DNA from: a virus
Lineage: Duplodnaviria; Caudoviricetes
DNA length: 41,051 nucleotides
IMG/VR virus record: IMGVR_UViG_3300039159_000055
Span: 1 to 41,051 of that record
Reading direction: 5' to 3' (one strand)
Position numbers and translations under genes: made by a program. Position 1 is the stretch's first letter. Every line of letters begins with the position of its first letter. A model generated the notes under the pieces. It had not been told where the DNA came from. It ran no database searches and saw only the letters and a program-made list of their open reading frames with translations. Shown here one piece after another: positions 1 to 7,623 of the stretch.

Positions 1-340
1 GTCGGCTTGACAAATAAAAGTCAAGCAATTCCCCATAACAATTTGGTAACGATTTTGATTATAACGATTCGGTAACAAAGCTTGACAATGGCAACCCCAT
101 CCCCTATTGTGACGGCGATTCTAACGGCCTATCAAGGGTTACCCCTAGTGATTCTATGCAAAAGGGTATTGGTGGCGTTAGGTGGCAACCTAGGGCTTCC
201 TAGGGGTATTGCAGGGATTATGCACAATAGAGGATGTCAAACCCCGTTATCAAACCGTTATAAAGTATTTTCACAAATTGGTATCACTCTTGCCGATAAG
301 TATGCTAGGTTTTTACCAACAACGAAAAGGAGAGTTGAAA

Positions 341-484
341 ATGGAAACTCGCAAAATGGTAGCGCCACCACTAGGGCAGTCTTGGAACGCCGAATTAGGT
401 TGGCATGATGATGATTCCGGGAAGATTATTTACCTTGATGAAAAGGGCAGAATTCAGTTCGAAAAAGAGACAAAAGTTTCCTGA
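341..484 (+). CDS. hypothetical protein
   Basis: RBS AAGGAG before ATG341 (METRKMVAPP...); extended -10 TGCTAGGTT at 303-311. Confidence 0.6.
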   Translation: METRKMVAPPLGQSWNAELGWHDDDSGKIIYLDEKGRIQFEKETKVS

Positions 485-598
485 GAGAATCCTGAGAGAA
501 TTTCATGTTTTTTACCCCACCCCCCCCCTCTGCTTTATGATGTAGTATAATTATATATCATCATAATACATACTACTAACCTACTTCTCTAAAACGAG

Positions 599-644
599 TT
601 ATCCACAGGTTTATCCACAGGTTTTTGCGGCGTGTCGTGGATAA
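599..644. promoter_or_regulatory. DnaA-box cluster
   Basis: Perfect TTATCCACA at 599-607 and 611-619, plus an inverted 1-mismatch box (CGTGGATAA) at 636-644; adjacent to an AT-rich segment at about 536-600. Confidence 0.7.
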
Positions 645-871
645 CTTTCACAGCTAACTCTCAGACTACTCAGAATAGTATTATAAACACGCCTATTATA
701 ACACGACACATTAGGCATCATTATAATACATTTGCTTATGTCATTGTATAACATCATAACACTTGGCAAAAGAACATAAAACGACAAAATGGAACACAAA
801 ACGACAACAACCCTCAACCTATACTTGAAGGTTTACGGCAGAAAGTGTTACCAATTCGTTACCAAAATGAC

Positions 872-900
872 TTGACAAGTGTCAAAAAGTGTAGTAGCTT
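872..900 (+). promoter_or_regulatory. early sigma-A-type promoter
   Basis: TTGACA(872-877)-17 bp-TAGCTT(895-900); the -35 lies within the palindrome TTGACAAGTGTCAA. Confidence 0.75.
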
Positions 901-930
901 TTGACTATCACCAAAAGAGAGAGAGACAAA

Positions 931-1113
931 ATGGCAAACATAAACACCATAGAAGATTCGCTAGGCGAATTGGTGGATTACGAATACTTTTGCTCAGACT
1001 TTTGCGCAAAATCCTCGGAGCATTATGCGGGATGGTATGGTTGCGTGGAATTGTATACTCAAGAATCTTGCCAGAATTGTGGCAAAACTTTGAACTTTGT
1101 GGAGGATAACTAA
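931..1113 (+). CDS. small Cys-rich (probable Zn-binding) protein
   Basis: CSDFC and CQNC motifs; ATG931 follows the promoter. Confidence 0.65.
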   Translation: MANINTIEDSLGELVDYEYFCSDFCAKSSEHYAGWYGCVELYTQESCQNCGKTLNFVEDN

Positions 1114-1346
1114 TGGTTTACGAGGAACTAAAGGAAACAGTAGCCCTTGAATGGCAGGATGCTCAATTCCCAAACCACACACTAGACATCGAAGCAACCG
1201 CTAGGGCTATCTGGCGTTACTGGGTAAGTATGAACACAATCAAAGACCTTAGGCATGAATCGCGCCCGGGAGCGGAAGAGAACTTGCACCTAATGACCCT
1301 AGACTACTTTTCGATGTTTGAACCAGTAGTTATAGAAAAGACTTGA
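1113..1346 (+). CDS. hypothetical protein
   Basis: TAATG coupling with GGAGGA RBS. Confidence 0.7.
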   Translation: MVYEELKETVALEWQDAQFPNHTLDIEATARAIWRYWVSMNTIKDLRHESRPGAEENLHLMTLDYFSMFEPVVIEKT

Positions 1347-1371
1347 CAAACTCCAAGAACTATGCTAGGCT
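1343..1371 (+). promoter_or_regulatory. early promoter
   Basis: TTGACA-17 bp-TAGGCT with extended TGC. Confidence 0.8.
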
Positions 1372-1398
1372 TTAGCCATAACCAATTAGGAGGACAAA

Positions 1399-1665
1399 TT
1401 GCAAGACGGCACTTACCTTTATCAGAACGGCAAATTCCAACCCGTATCCATGGCCGATGGCTATTGGGTTGCGGAACGCGAACTAGACCGCTCAGAGTTA
1501 GTCTCTGGCATGGTTGTCGGAGTTTGGACGGATAAAAAGTCTGGCAAAGTTTGGCTAGACAAAACTCGCCTAGTCAGAAGCTTGGCTAGGGCAACACAAC
1601 TTGGAACACTTTGGAATCAGTTGGCAATTTGGGATAATGCAAACAAAGCGGAAGTGAGTATCTAA
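1399..1665 (+). CDS. hypothetical phage protein
   Basis: AGGAGG RBS, TTG start; motif GVWTD...VWLD...QLAIWD. Confidence 0.7.
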   Translation: MQDGTYLYQNGKFQPVSMADGYWVAERELDRSELVSGMVVGVWTDKKSGKVWLDKTRLVRSLARATQLGTLWNQLAIWDNANKAEVSI

Positions 1666-1850
1666 TGGCGAAATTTAGTATTCAAGAGACTTATCTATAC
1701 ACGGTTGAAGCAGAGACGCCAGAACAAGCCAGAGAACTCTGGCAGAGCTTTATGGAATCCGATGGTGATGATGATGCAAGCCAGGAATTCGTGGTTACAA
1801 GTGACGGCAACTTACTAGATGTATTCGATGAGGACGGGAGAGAAGTCTAA
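1665..1850 (+). CDS. small acidic protein
   Basis: Translationally coupled; VEAETPEQA beta-beta-alpha-type motif. Confidence 0.7.
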   Translation: MAKFSIQETYLYTVEAETPEQARELWQSFMESDGDDDASQEFVVTSDGNLLDVFDEDGREV

Positions 1851-2038
1851 TGGCAACCTATGAAATTACCTACCTAGTGACCCTAGAGGACACGACACCG
1901 AAGCAAGATGGCCATTCAGCGGTATTCTGGCTTGAGAGAGTGATTAGGAATCGGGATCTAGAACTGCCAGAGCATGTTGAGAGTGTCCAGACCGTGCCAA
2001 GGGTAACCCTACATAAGCCCAAGAAAGTTGAGGACTAA
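1850..2038 (+). CDS. hypothetical protein
   Basis: TAATG coupling. Confidence 0.65.
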   Translation: MATYEITYLVTLEDTTPKQDGHSAVFWLERVIRNRDLELPEHVESVQTVPRVTLHKPKKVED

Positions 2039-2045
2039 AATGTAT

Positions 2046-2074
2046 TTGACAAACTGCCAGAAGTGTGCTACGGT
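2046..2074 (+). promoter_or_regulatory. early promoter
   Basis: TTGACA-17 bp-TACGGT, with GTGTGC before the -10. Confidence 0.8.
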
Positions 2075-2118
2075 AACCATACACAACATAAACGACAACC
2101 AATGTTTGGGAGGACACG

Positions 2119-2286
2119 ATGATAAGCACAACAACCGCTAAGGGGTTATCCCAAGGTGAATACAACGCGCTAATCCACGCTATCTGGCGCTTAGATAGCC
2201 TAATAGCAGACATTCCAAAGGGCTTGAGCGATAAGCTACAGCTTGAGCGAGACACACTCTCCAACCTATTCCAAAGGCTAGGGTAA
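2119..2286 (+). CDS. hypothetical protein (55 aa, not in ORF track)
   Basis: GGGAGG RBS; MISTTTAKG...FQRLG*. Confidence 0.65.
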   Translation: MISTTTAKGLSQGEYNALIHAIWRLDSLIADIPKGLSDKLQLERDTLSNLFQRLG

Positions 2287-2396
2287 TGATAGCCCAAGCA
2301 GTTGAATGCCCGAATCACCAAGGCGCTTTTGACTGCACACCATTTTGTGAGATTTGCGAAGGCGAACAAGAAGGAGATGTATCTTGGGCAAGCTAA
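2286..2396 (+). CDS. 36-aa Cys/His-rich peptide
   Basis: MIAQAVECPNHQGAFDCTPFCEICEG...; TAATG coupled at both ends. Confidence 0.6.
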   Translation: MIAQAVECPNHQGAFDCTPFCEICEGEQEGDVSWAS

Positions 2397-2563
2397 TGAT
2401 AAGGCAATCCCTAACCGCGGTTCTAATAGTGGTTATAGTAGTTGGGCTACACTTGCTGGCATCGTTCGTAGGAGCTTTGCCACCTATCGTTACAGGAGTA
2501 GCCTTAGTTGTCTTTGGCACTTGGCTAGCCATCAAAATCTATACAGCAGTTAGGGGTTACTAA
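2396..2563 (+). CDS. small membrane protein (2 TM)
   Basis: Two hydrophobic stretches; coupled start at ATG2396. Confidence 0.65.
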   Translation: MIRQSLTAVLIVVIVVGLHLLASFVGALPPIVTGVALVVFGTWLAIKIYTAVRGY

Positions 2564-2760
2564 TGGGTAAGAACGACACCTATGTCTCAGAAGGTGGCAA
2601 TTGGGGTATGGATAATTGCATTACCTTTAGTAGCGGGAGTTTCACCGAACTACAATGGCATTACTTTTTGAATGTCGCTGAATCAGACCGCTATGACTAC
2701 GCTAGTGCCGTGCTAGATCGTAACCAAGAGACAATCGCCAGAATAGAGAGAGAGAACTAA
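2563..2760 (+). CDS. hypothetical protein
   Basis: Coupled ORF. Confidence 0.65.
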   Translation: MGKNDTYVSEGGNWGMDNCITFSSGSFTELQWHYFLNVAESDRYDYASAVLDRNQETIARIEREN

Positions 2761-2868
2761 ATGGGAGAGCTAATTTTGATAGGCTTCGGTGAGACAAAGA
2801 AGATTGACCTAAGCGAGACCACTATAGAGCAAGTCATAAAAGACTTGACAACCAAGCGAGAGGACTAA
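2761..2868 (+). CDS. hypothetical 35-aa protein
   Basis: MGELILIGFG...KRED* fills the gap exactly. Confidence 0.5.
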   Translation: MGELILIGFGETKKIDLSETTIEQVIKDLTTKRED

Positions 2869-2869
2869 G

Positions 2870-3082
2870 ATGCCAGAGCAAAAATGGATTACTGTAGCTT
2901 TTCACAATGAACCAAAAAATCACCTAATGGCACTAGTATCTATTGGTGTAGAGTGGACGGAAGAAACTGAAGAAACTGAAGATGACAACATCTTCTTTTA
3001 CTTTGATACCCAAGAAGAATACGAGAACGCAAAACAAATAGATAACGGACTAGAGTTCCGCGTAATGGAAGAGGAGAACTAA
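2870..3082 (+). CDS. very acidic small protein
   Basis: GAGGA RBS; E/D-rich. Confidence 0.7.
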   Translation: MPEQKWITVAFHNEPKNHLMALVSIGVEWTEETEETEDDNIFFYFDTQEEYENAKQIDNGLEFRVMEEEN

Positions 3083-3207
3083 TGGGCAAGATTGACATGG
3101 ATAACTATGTTGAAGAAATGGTTTACGATGACTTGGCCGACCTAATGCGCGGTGATAGGTTGAGGACTTGGGCAACGGTGGAATCCATGGAAACGGTGAC
3201 CGTATGA
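3082..3207 (+). CDS. hypothetical 41-aa protein
   Basis: GAGGAG RBS, TAATG start, ATGA overlap with next gene. Confidence 0.55.
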   Translation: MGKIDMDNYVEEMVYDDLADLMRGDRLRTWATVESMETVTV

Positions 3208-3449
3208 GCACGACATACGCAAGAGTAAGAGGTGGAAAATGGCAGGACTTATACCTCAGAACTATTGAAAACATGATGGTGAATTGGGTAGACGAATTGC
3301 CAGAGTGGGTTACGGTAGCGTGTTTTGATAGCGCCCAAAGTGGACTCTATGTTCTAACTCACGATAGCGAGAATCACTTTACAGCTCAGAGCATAGACTT
3401 GGAGTTTACCCAAGACTTGACAACCGCACAACAGTGTGCTAAGTTATAA
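3204..3449 (+). CDS. hypothetical protein
   Basis: MSTTYARVRGG...; ATGA overlap. Confidence 0.6.
   Translation: MSTTYARVRGGKWQDLYLRTIENMMVNWVDELPEWVTVACFDSAQSGLYVLTHDSENHFTAQSIDLEFTQDLTTAQQCAKL
3417..3445 (+). promoter_or_regulatory. early promoter
   Basis: TTGACA-17 bp-TAAGTT; near-identical to the promoter at 4409. Confidence 0.8.
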
Positions 3450-3474
3450 CTACAACCAAACGGGAGGAAGACTA

Positions 3475-3618
3475 ATGACCAAATTAGAACTAATGCAAAT
3501 AAGCGCCGAAACAACCGTGCCCATTGAGATGTTACTTGAGAATGACGAATTTATTGACTTGGTAAAGTCTGGGGCAAACACTCAAGATCTAACAGATTTT
3601 GTCAACGAAAACTACTAA
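3475..3618 (+). CDS. hypothetical protein
   Basis: GGGAGG RBS before ATG3475. Confidence 0.65.
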   Translation: MTKLELMQISAETTVPIEMLLENDEFIDLVKSGANTQDLTDFVNENY

Positions 3619-3636
3619 CCAAAAGGGAGGACTAAA

Positions 3637-3834
3637 ATGCCAACATTTCAAACTTGGTATTCAACAGGAGAATACGGCAAGCTAAGCTTTGAAGCCGATT
3701 CAATGGAGGAAGCCGAAGACTTACTTGGGCAACTATCCCAAGGCGAGATTGAATTCTCAGACTTGCGGAATCACTTCGCCAAGATAAAGGGCGATGAACT
3801 AGAGTTCGATGCACTAGAACAATTGGAGAACTAA
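3637..3834 (+). CDS. small acidic protein
   Basis: GGGAGG RBS; FEADSMEEA motif resembling the 1665 gene. Confidence 0.7.
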   Translation: MPTFQTWYSTGEYGKLSFEADSMEEAEDLLGQLSQGEIEFSDLRNHFAKIKGDELEFDALEQLEN

Positions 3835-4034
3835 TGGGCAAGGTTATTAGAGCGAGCATTGTTTATAAATACTTTGTGGATGAGGATGAAATTCTAAGTG
3901 AACTTACACCCGAAGAACAAATTGAGTATGTCAAAGAAACAACAGTAGAAGACATAATGTCTATGGGATTCGGTAACTCTGATTCCTTATTAGGCTCAAT
4001 TGGAATTGAAGTGCTAAAGGAGGATTCAGAATGA
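3834..4034 (+). CDS. small acidic protein
   Basis: Coupled ORF. Confidence 0.65.
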   Translation: MGKVIRASIVYKYFVDEDEILSELTPEEQIEYVKETTVEDIMSMGFGNSDSLLGSIGIEVLKEDSE

Positions 4035-4132
4035 ATGAATGGGCAGATGGCAGTTGGATAAACGAGGAAGCGATTGAGAGCCTAACAGAAGCACAAGTTC
4101 GCGAGTTACTTGACCTATTGAGCGACATCTAA
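4031..4132 (+). CDS. hypothetical 33-aa protein
   Basis: AAGGAGG RBS; MNEWADGSWINEEAIE... Confidence 0.55.
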   Translation: MNEWADGSWINEEAIESLTEAQVRELLDLLSDI

Positions 4133-4407
4133 TGGGTTCACAATTCGCACATGACCTAGCACATGACCCCACAATGGCCCTAGAGACAGCAATCTCTGTT
4201 CACCTACGGGCTAATTGCTACCCACCAGTGCCAGAGGAGATGATCCCCGTGTGCATTGAAGCGATACAGCTTTATAATGAAGAGCTTTATAACAACGAAG
4301 TAGAGTTGCCCGCGGGAGTTTCATACCGTAACTGTACAACCGCGCCAGCTTGGGCAATCGTGGATGGTAACCACCTACACGCTTGGATCACGGGCAGTGA
4401 ATACTAG
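4132..4407 (+). CDS. phage hypothetical protein
   Basis: HLRANCYPPVP...CIEAI...HLHAW motif. Confidence 0.7.
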   Translation: MGSQFAHDLAHDPTMALETAISVHLRANCYPPVPEEMIPVCIEAIQLYNEELYNNEVELPAGVSYRNCTTAPAWAIVDGNHLHAWITGSEY

Positions 4408-4408
4408 A

Positions 4409-4437
4409 TTGACAACCGCACGATAGTGTGCTAAGGT
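4409..4437 (+). promoter_or_regulatory. early promoter
   Basis: TTGACA-17 bp-TAAGGT. Confidence 0.8.
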
Positions 4438-4472
4438 AAATGTATTGTTGGTTCTGATGAAAGGAAATACAA

Positions 4473-4823
4473 ATGCTAAATTATGACGAAGTAGAAACTG
4501 CACTAAACAAAATCGCCGAGAGTGGCGAGATGGAAATACACGACATAGAGAGACTTGCCAATTACATCGGCAACCTTTATAACATGCAAAGCGAAGAGCA
4601 ATTGCTGGAAGAGCTGGAAGCTATCCTAGCCGAAGAAGAGGAAGCCTTTGCTGGCATTTACGAATCCGAAGCGGACTTTGCTCAACAGATGGCTTCAGAG
4701 TTTATCCCGTTTCCTAGTGATGACTATGACATTATTCTGGACATAGATTGGCAAGGCACTTATTACAAGGCTTTCCAATACGATTACTTCAATGACGGCA
4801 AGAACTTTTGGAGGAACATCTAA
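4473..4823 (+). CDS. ardA: ArdA-like antirestriction protein (short)
   Basis: Acidic; EEAFAGIYESEADFAQQ...IDWQG...DYF..G..FWRN resembles the ArdA C-terminal domains. Confidence 0.7.
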   Translation: MLNYDEVETALNKIAESGEMEIHDIERLANYIGNLYNMQSEEQLLEELEAILAEEEEAFAGIYESEADFAQQMASEFIPFPSDDYDIILDIDWQGTYYKAFQYDYFNDGKNFWRNI

Positions 4824-4981
4824 TGGGCGAGAGCGAGAACAAGAGAGTAGCAAGCTACCTAAGGGACTACGCGGTTTACCTAAAGGCCAAGGGCGAGAAG
4901 GAATACAGCGCGGTAGTTCGCCTTATGATCAACGGTGCCGTAGCCGACATCGAGTCACTAGCCAGTAAGTTAGGGGACTAA
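4823..4981 (+). CDS. hypothetical protein (52 aa)
   Basis: GGAGG RBS, TAATG coupling. Confidence 0.6.
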   Translation: MGESENKRVASYLRDYAVYLKAKGEKEYSAVVRLMINGAVADIESLASKLGD

Positions 4982-5131
4982 ATGGATTACTGCTCAAGTT
5001 GTGAGGAACAGTTTGACGTAGCAGAGTTGTTTGACATCTCGGACCCTTTTACGGGAGAGACATTCGGATACCACTGTGAGAGTTGTGGCGAGGACGCTGG
5101 CGAAGCCACTCAGGAGGCACTACATGGCTAA
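4982..5131 (+). CDS. small Zn-ribbon protein (49 aa)
   Basis: CSSC...CESC. Confidence 0.6.
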   Translation: MDYCSSCEEQFDVAELFDISDPFTGETFGYHCESCGEDAGEATQEALHG

Positions 5132-5468
5132 GACAAAGATGCACGACATAAACATTTGCATAGAGGATGACAAGCTCAAGATCATTGCGTATAGATTGAA
5201 ATTGCAAAAAAACGGGGACGAAATTTACTTCGATACCGACACTAGGTTTGCAAGCGGTAAGGCGTTCGAGTGCCCTATCAACCACAAACCAAACCAAGAG
5301 CTGATAGCTTATGTTCTAGATTCGGAATACTGGAATGAGACTAGGACTTATTGGGATGGTTACTCAGACTGGCAGACAACAGAGTTCTTGACAATCGGGG
5401 ATGTTCCTGCTAGGATAGCAAAATGGATGGCAAGCTTGCCAGAGTATCAACTCACGATAGGAGATTAG
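5124..5468 (+). CDS. hypothetical protein
   Basis: AGGAGG RBS before ATG5124. Confidence 0.7.
   Translation: MAKTKMHDINICIEDDKLKIIAYRLKLQKNGDEIYFDTDTRFASGKAFECPINHKPNQELIAYVLDSEYWNETRTYWDGYSDWQTTEFLTIGDVPARIAKWMASLPEYQLTIGD
5388..5416 (+). promoter_or_regulatory. early promoter (intragenic)
   Basis: TTGACA-17 bp-TAGGAT with TGC. Confidence 0.65.
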
Positions 5469-5469
5469 C

Positions 5470-5772
5470 ATGATTAGTTTGACTTGGGAAGAGTTTGAGA
5501 AGCAGTTCAAGCCGATTGAGAACGACTTCACAAAAGGCTCAGAGCGGATGTTCGAGACTTATGGGATACAGTCTGAATTTGTATCGCACTTTATAGATAG
5601 TAGGCAAGTCTGGACTCTGATAGATTCGGGTTCGGCTAGTGGTATCTATAACGGCATGGCTTGGGCTAATAGACTGGGCTATTATGTCACCGAAGTTGAG
5701 TGGGATGCGGATGCAGACTACGAAGTTGACCTTTGCGAATACGAATACGAAGATGAAGAGGAAGAACAGTAA
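5470..5772 (+). CDS. phage hypothetical protein
   Basis: FKPIEN...FETYG...VWT...NRLGYYVTE; acidic tail. Confidence 0.7.
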   Translation: MISLTWEEFEKQFKPIENDFTKGSERMFETYGIQSEFVSHFIDSRQVWTLIDSGSASGIYNGMAWANRLGYYVTEVEWDADADYEVDLCEYEYEDEEEEQ

Positions 5773-5960
5773 TGAGCTACTTGGGTTCGGGGTTCTTATC
5801 GACCACCATGAAAGTCACGGTTGTCTGCCCCAACTGTTGTGCAGAGTTAGGCGTGGATGTATTCGTGGATGACTATGGCATGGCAGATCAATCAATAGGT
5901 TGCGAAGAATGTAAGTTTGATTTCAATTTTCTAGAGGAGGTATCACAATGGGCAGAATGA
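5772..5960 (+). CDS. Zn-ribbon protein
   Basis: CPNC...CEEC. Confidence 0.65.
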   Translation: MSYLGSGFLSTTMKVTVVCPNCCAELGVDVFVDDYGMADQSIGCEECKFDFNFLEEVSQWAE

Positions 5961-6433
5961 TAGTAGATGATTTTGATAGACTTGGCGGTGTCACCGCGGC
6001 CAGAGCCAAGTATCAAGAAGCAGTAGAGGTTGCCAAGAAGAAGCTAACAGAGTTTGTCAACAAGGAGACTGAAGAGTATTACCTACTGATGATAGAGTCT
6101 ATCCGCTTAGCGGTTATGGACGGGCTATCGGCTAGGCAGATAGGCATAGCCTATGGCAGTAGCGATCCATACACAATCAAGCGCCTTATAGAAGCAAGTG
6201 GCGTGACTCCCGCGGATGTTGGCCTAGTGCCATCTTGGAGGACTACTTGGAAAGGGGACTCAGAGTTTGCACTTAGGGTTGTTTCTTTTGGCCCCGACAA
6301 GGTGACGGGCGAAGCAACATTTACAGTGGATGCGGATGGCGAGAACATTACCGCAACCCATGGTGACTTCTGGTTGCAATCCGTTGCATACAAAGAAGGA
6401 TTAGTTGAAAGGATTCTAGAAGATGCGCGATAG
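5948..6433 (+). CDS. putative helix-turn-helix DNA-binding protein
   Basis: AVMDGLSARQIGIAYGSSDPYTIKRLI is an HTH-like segment; GAGGAGG RBS. Confidence 0.5.
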   Translation: MGRMIVDDFDRLGGVTAARAKYQEAVEVAKKKLTEFVNKETEEYYLLMIESIRLAVMDGLSARQIGIAYGSSDPYTIKRLIEASGVTPADVGLVPSWRTTWKGDSEFALRVVSFGPDKVTGEATFTVDADGENITATHGDFWLQSVAYKEGLVERILEDAR

Positions 6434-6665
6434 CAGATACTTCGAGATGTTCGAGCAAGCAAGCAACCTAACCACCTATTACACAGAGGAGACTGGCGCC
6501 TTTGTGGAGTTCGGCACCGATGACGATAACGATCTGTGGATGATGACACCTAGAAGCGGTAAGGAATACTTCGATGACTTCCATACAGCCGAAGAGCGTG
6601 TGCGGTTACTGTATCCCGATGTCTTTCTGGATGATGACTACACCGATCCGCTAGGCTGGGTATAA
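6423..6665 (+). CDS. hypothetical acidic protein
   Basis: Overlapping ORF in operon. Confidence 0.65.
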   Translation: MRDSRYFEMFEQASNLTTYYTEETGAFVEFGTDDDNDLWMMTPRSGKEYFDDFHTAEERVRLLYPDVFLDDDYTDPLGWV

Positions 6666-6961
6666 TGGTGGAATTCGGCTATAAAGTGCAGAATCTTTAT
6701 GACAACGCCGCGGCCTTATTGCTCAAGAAGCATCAGGACTACGGGCCGAAGAACATCTCAGGCTCACCAGGAGGTCCGATCAACGGGCTTAGGGTAAGGA
6801 TGCACGACAAGATGGCTAGGATAAATAACCTAGTTGACAACAACCTAGATCCACAGAACGAAAGTCTCAAAGATAGCTTTCTAGATCTCGCCAACTATGC
6901 CATGATAGCCTTGCTGGTGCTAGATGGGGACTGGCCTGATGATAAAGGAGAAGACAAATGA
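6665..6961 (+). CDS. nucleotide modification-associated domain 1 (Nmad1/DUF1599) protein
   Basis: KKHQDYG...RMHDKMARINNL...ESLKDSFLDLANYAMI. Confidence 0.85.
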   Translation: MVEFGYKVQNLYDNAAALLLKKHQDYGPKNISGSPGGPINGLRVRMHDKMARINNLVDNNLDPQNESLKDSFLDLANYAMIALLVLDGDWPDDKGEDK

Positions 6962-7161
6962 GCCACAGCAAAGACAGTGAGGACTTCGGTCCAACTACTG
7001 CCTACTATCAAGGTTTTGACGCGGGCATTCAGGCAGAGCAAGAGCGCATAATCAAGGCACTTCAAGCTAAGGCCGCTACTAGAACAATCTTTGAGACCCT
7101 AGCCGCACCCTTTTACATAGATGAACTAATCGAGACAATCAAGCAGGTGAAAGATGACTGA
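6958..7161 (+). CDS. hypothetical protein (paralog A)
   Basis: YQGFDAGIQAEQERII. Confidence 0.7.
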   Translation: MSHSKDSEDFGPTTAYYQGFDAGIQAEQERIIKALQAKAATRTIFETLAAPFYIDELIETIKQVKDD

Positions 7162-7336
7162 AGACATAGGCCCGATTCCTGATTACTGGAACGGTTTTGA
7201 CGCAGGAGTTCAGGCAGAGCAAGAACGCATAATCACATTGCTATTAGAGGGTAAGTGCGATGATGAAACAGGATGTATTCAATGCGACTCCATCAACTTC
7301 CATATCGAAATAATAAAAGAGGAACAAGATGACTAA
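7154..7336 (+). CDS. hypothetical protein (paralog B)
   Basis: WNGFDAGVQAEQERII plus Cys motif. Confidence 0.7.
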   Translation: MTEDIGPIPDYWNGFDAGVQAEQERIITLLLEGKCDDETGCIQCDSINFHIEIIKEEQDD

Positions 7337-7473
7337 GCAACCGTTCGGTAATTCCGAACAGTTCAAGGGGCAGTAGAAGTCAGACAAAACGATACCGATA
7401 CCGATAACGTTATCCTTTTGACATTCTGGAAAAACATGAAGTCTAGTATCCGTAAAAACATGAAAGGGATAAC

Positions 7474-7623
7474 ATGATCAAGTTTAGAAGCTATAGAGAC
7501 TCAAGCTCTTTCAATACCTACTTGTTCGGAATCAACGTCTACGACATCAAGACGCAACCAACGCTAGACATCATTATCGGTAAAAACGTCTTTGTGTTTT
7601 TTATAATCAGAAAGGAGCAATAA
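7474..7623 (+). CDS. hypothetical 49-aa protein
   Basis: AAGGGA RBS, TAATG coupling to next gene. Confidence 0.55.
   Translation: MIKFRSYRDSSSFNTYLFGINVYDIKTQPTLDIIIGKNVFVFFIIRKEQ

Larger units (their letters stand above)
35..862. repeat. dispersed GTTA(C/T)-N6-GTTA(C/T) direct repeats (MtrA/GlnR-box-like)
   Basis: 35-50 and 61-76 (minus strand GTTAC-N6-GTTAT), 246-261 (GTTAT-N6-GTTAT), 847-862 (GTTAC-N6-GTTAC). Confidence 0.5.

Noticed and set aside
82-408. 108-aa ORF, and the minus-strand ORF at 611-817
   Set aside because: No RBS, atypical composition, and they overlap motif-dense regulatory DNA.
2845-2875. TTGACA as an additional early promoter (also at 7418)
   Set aside because: No TAnnnT hexamer at 17-bp spacing.
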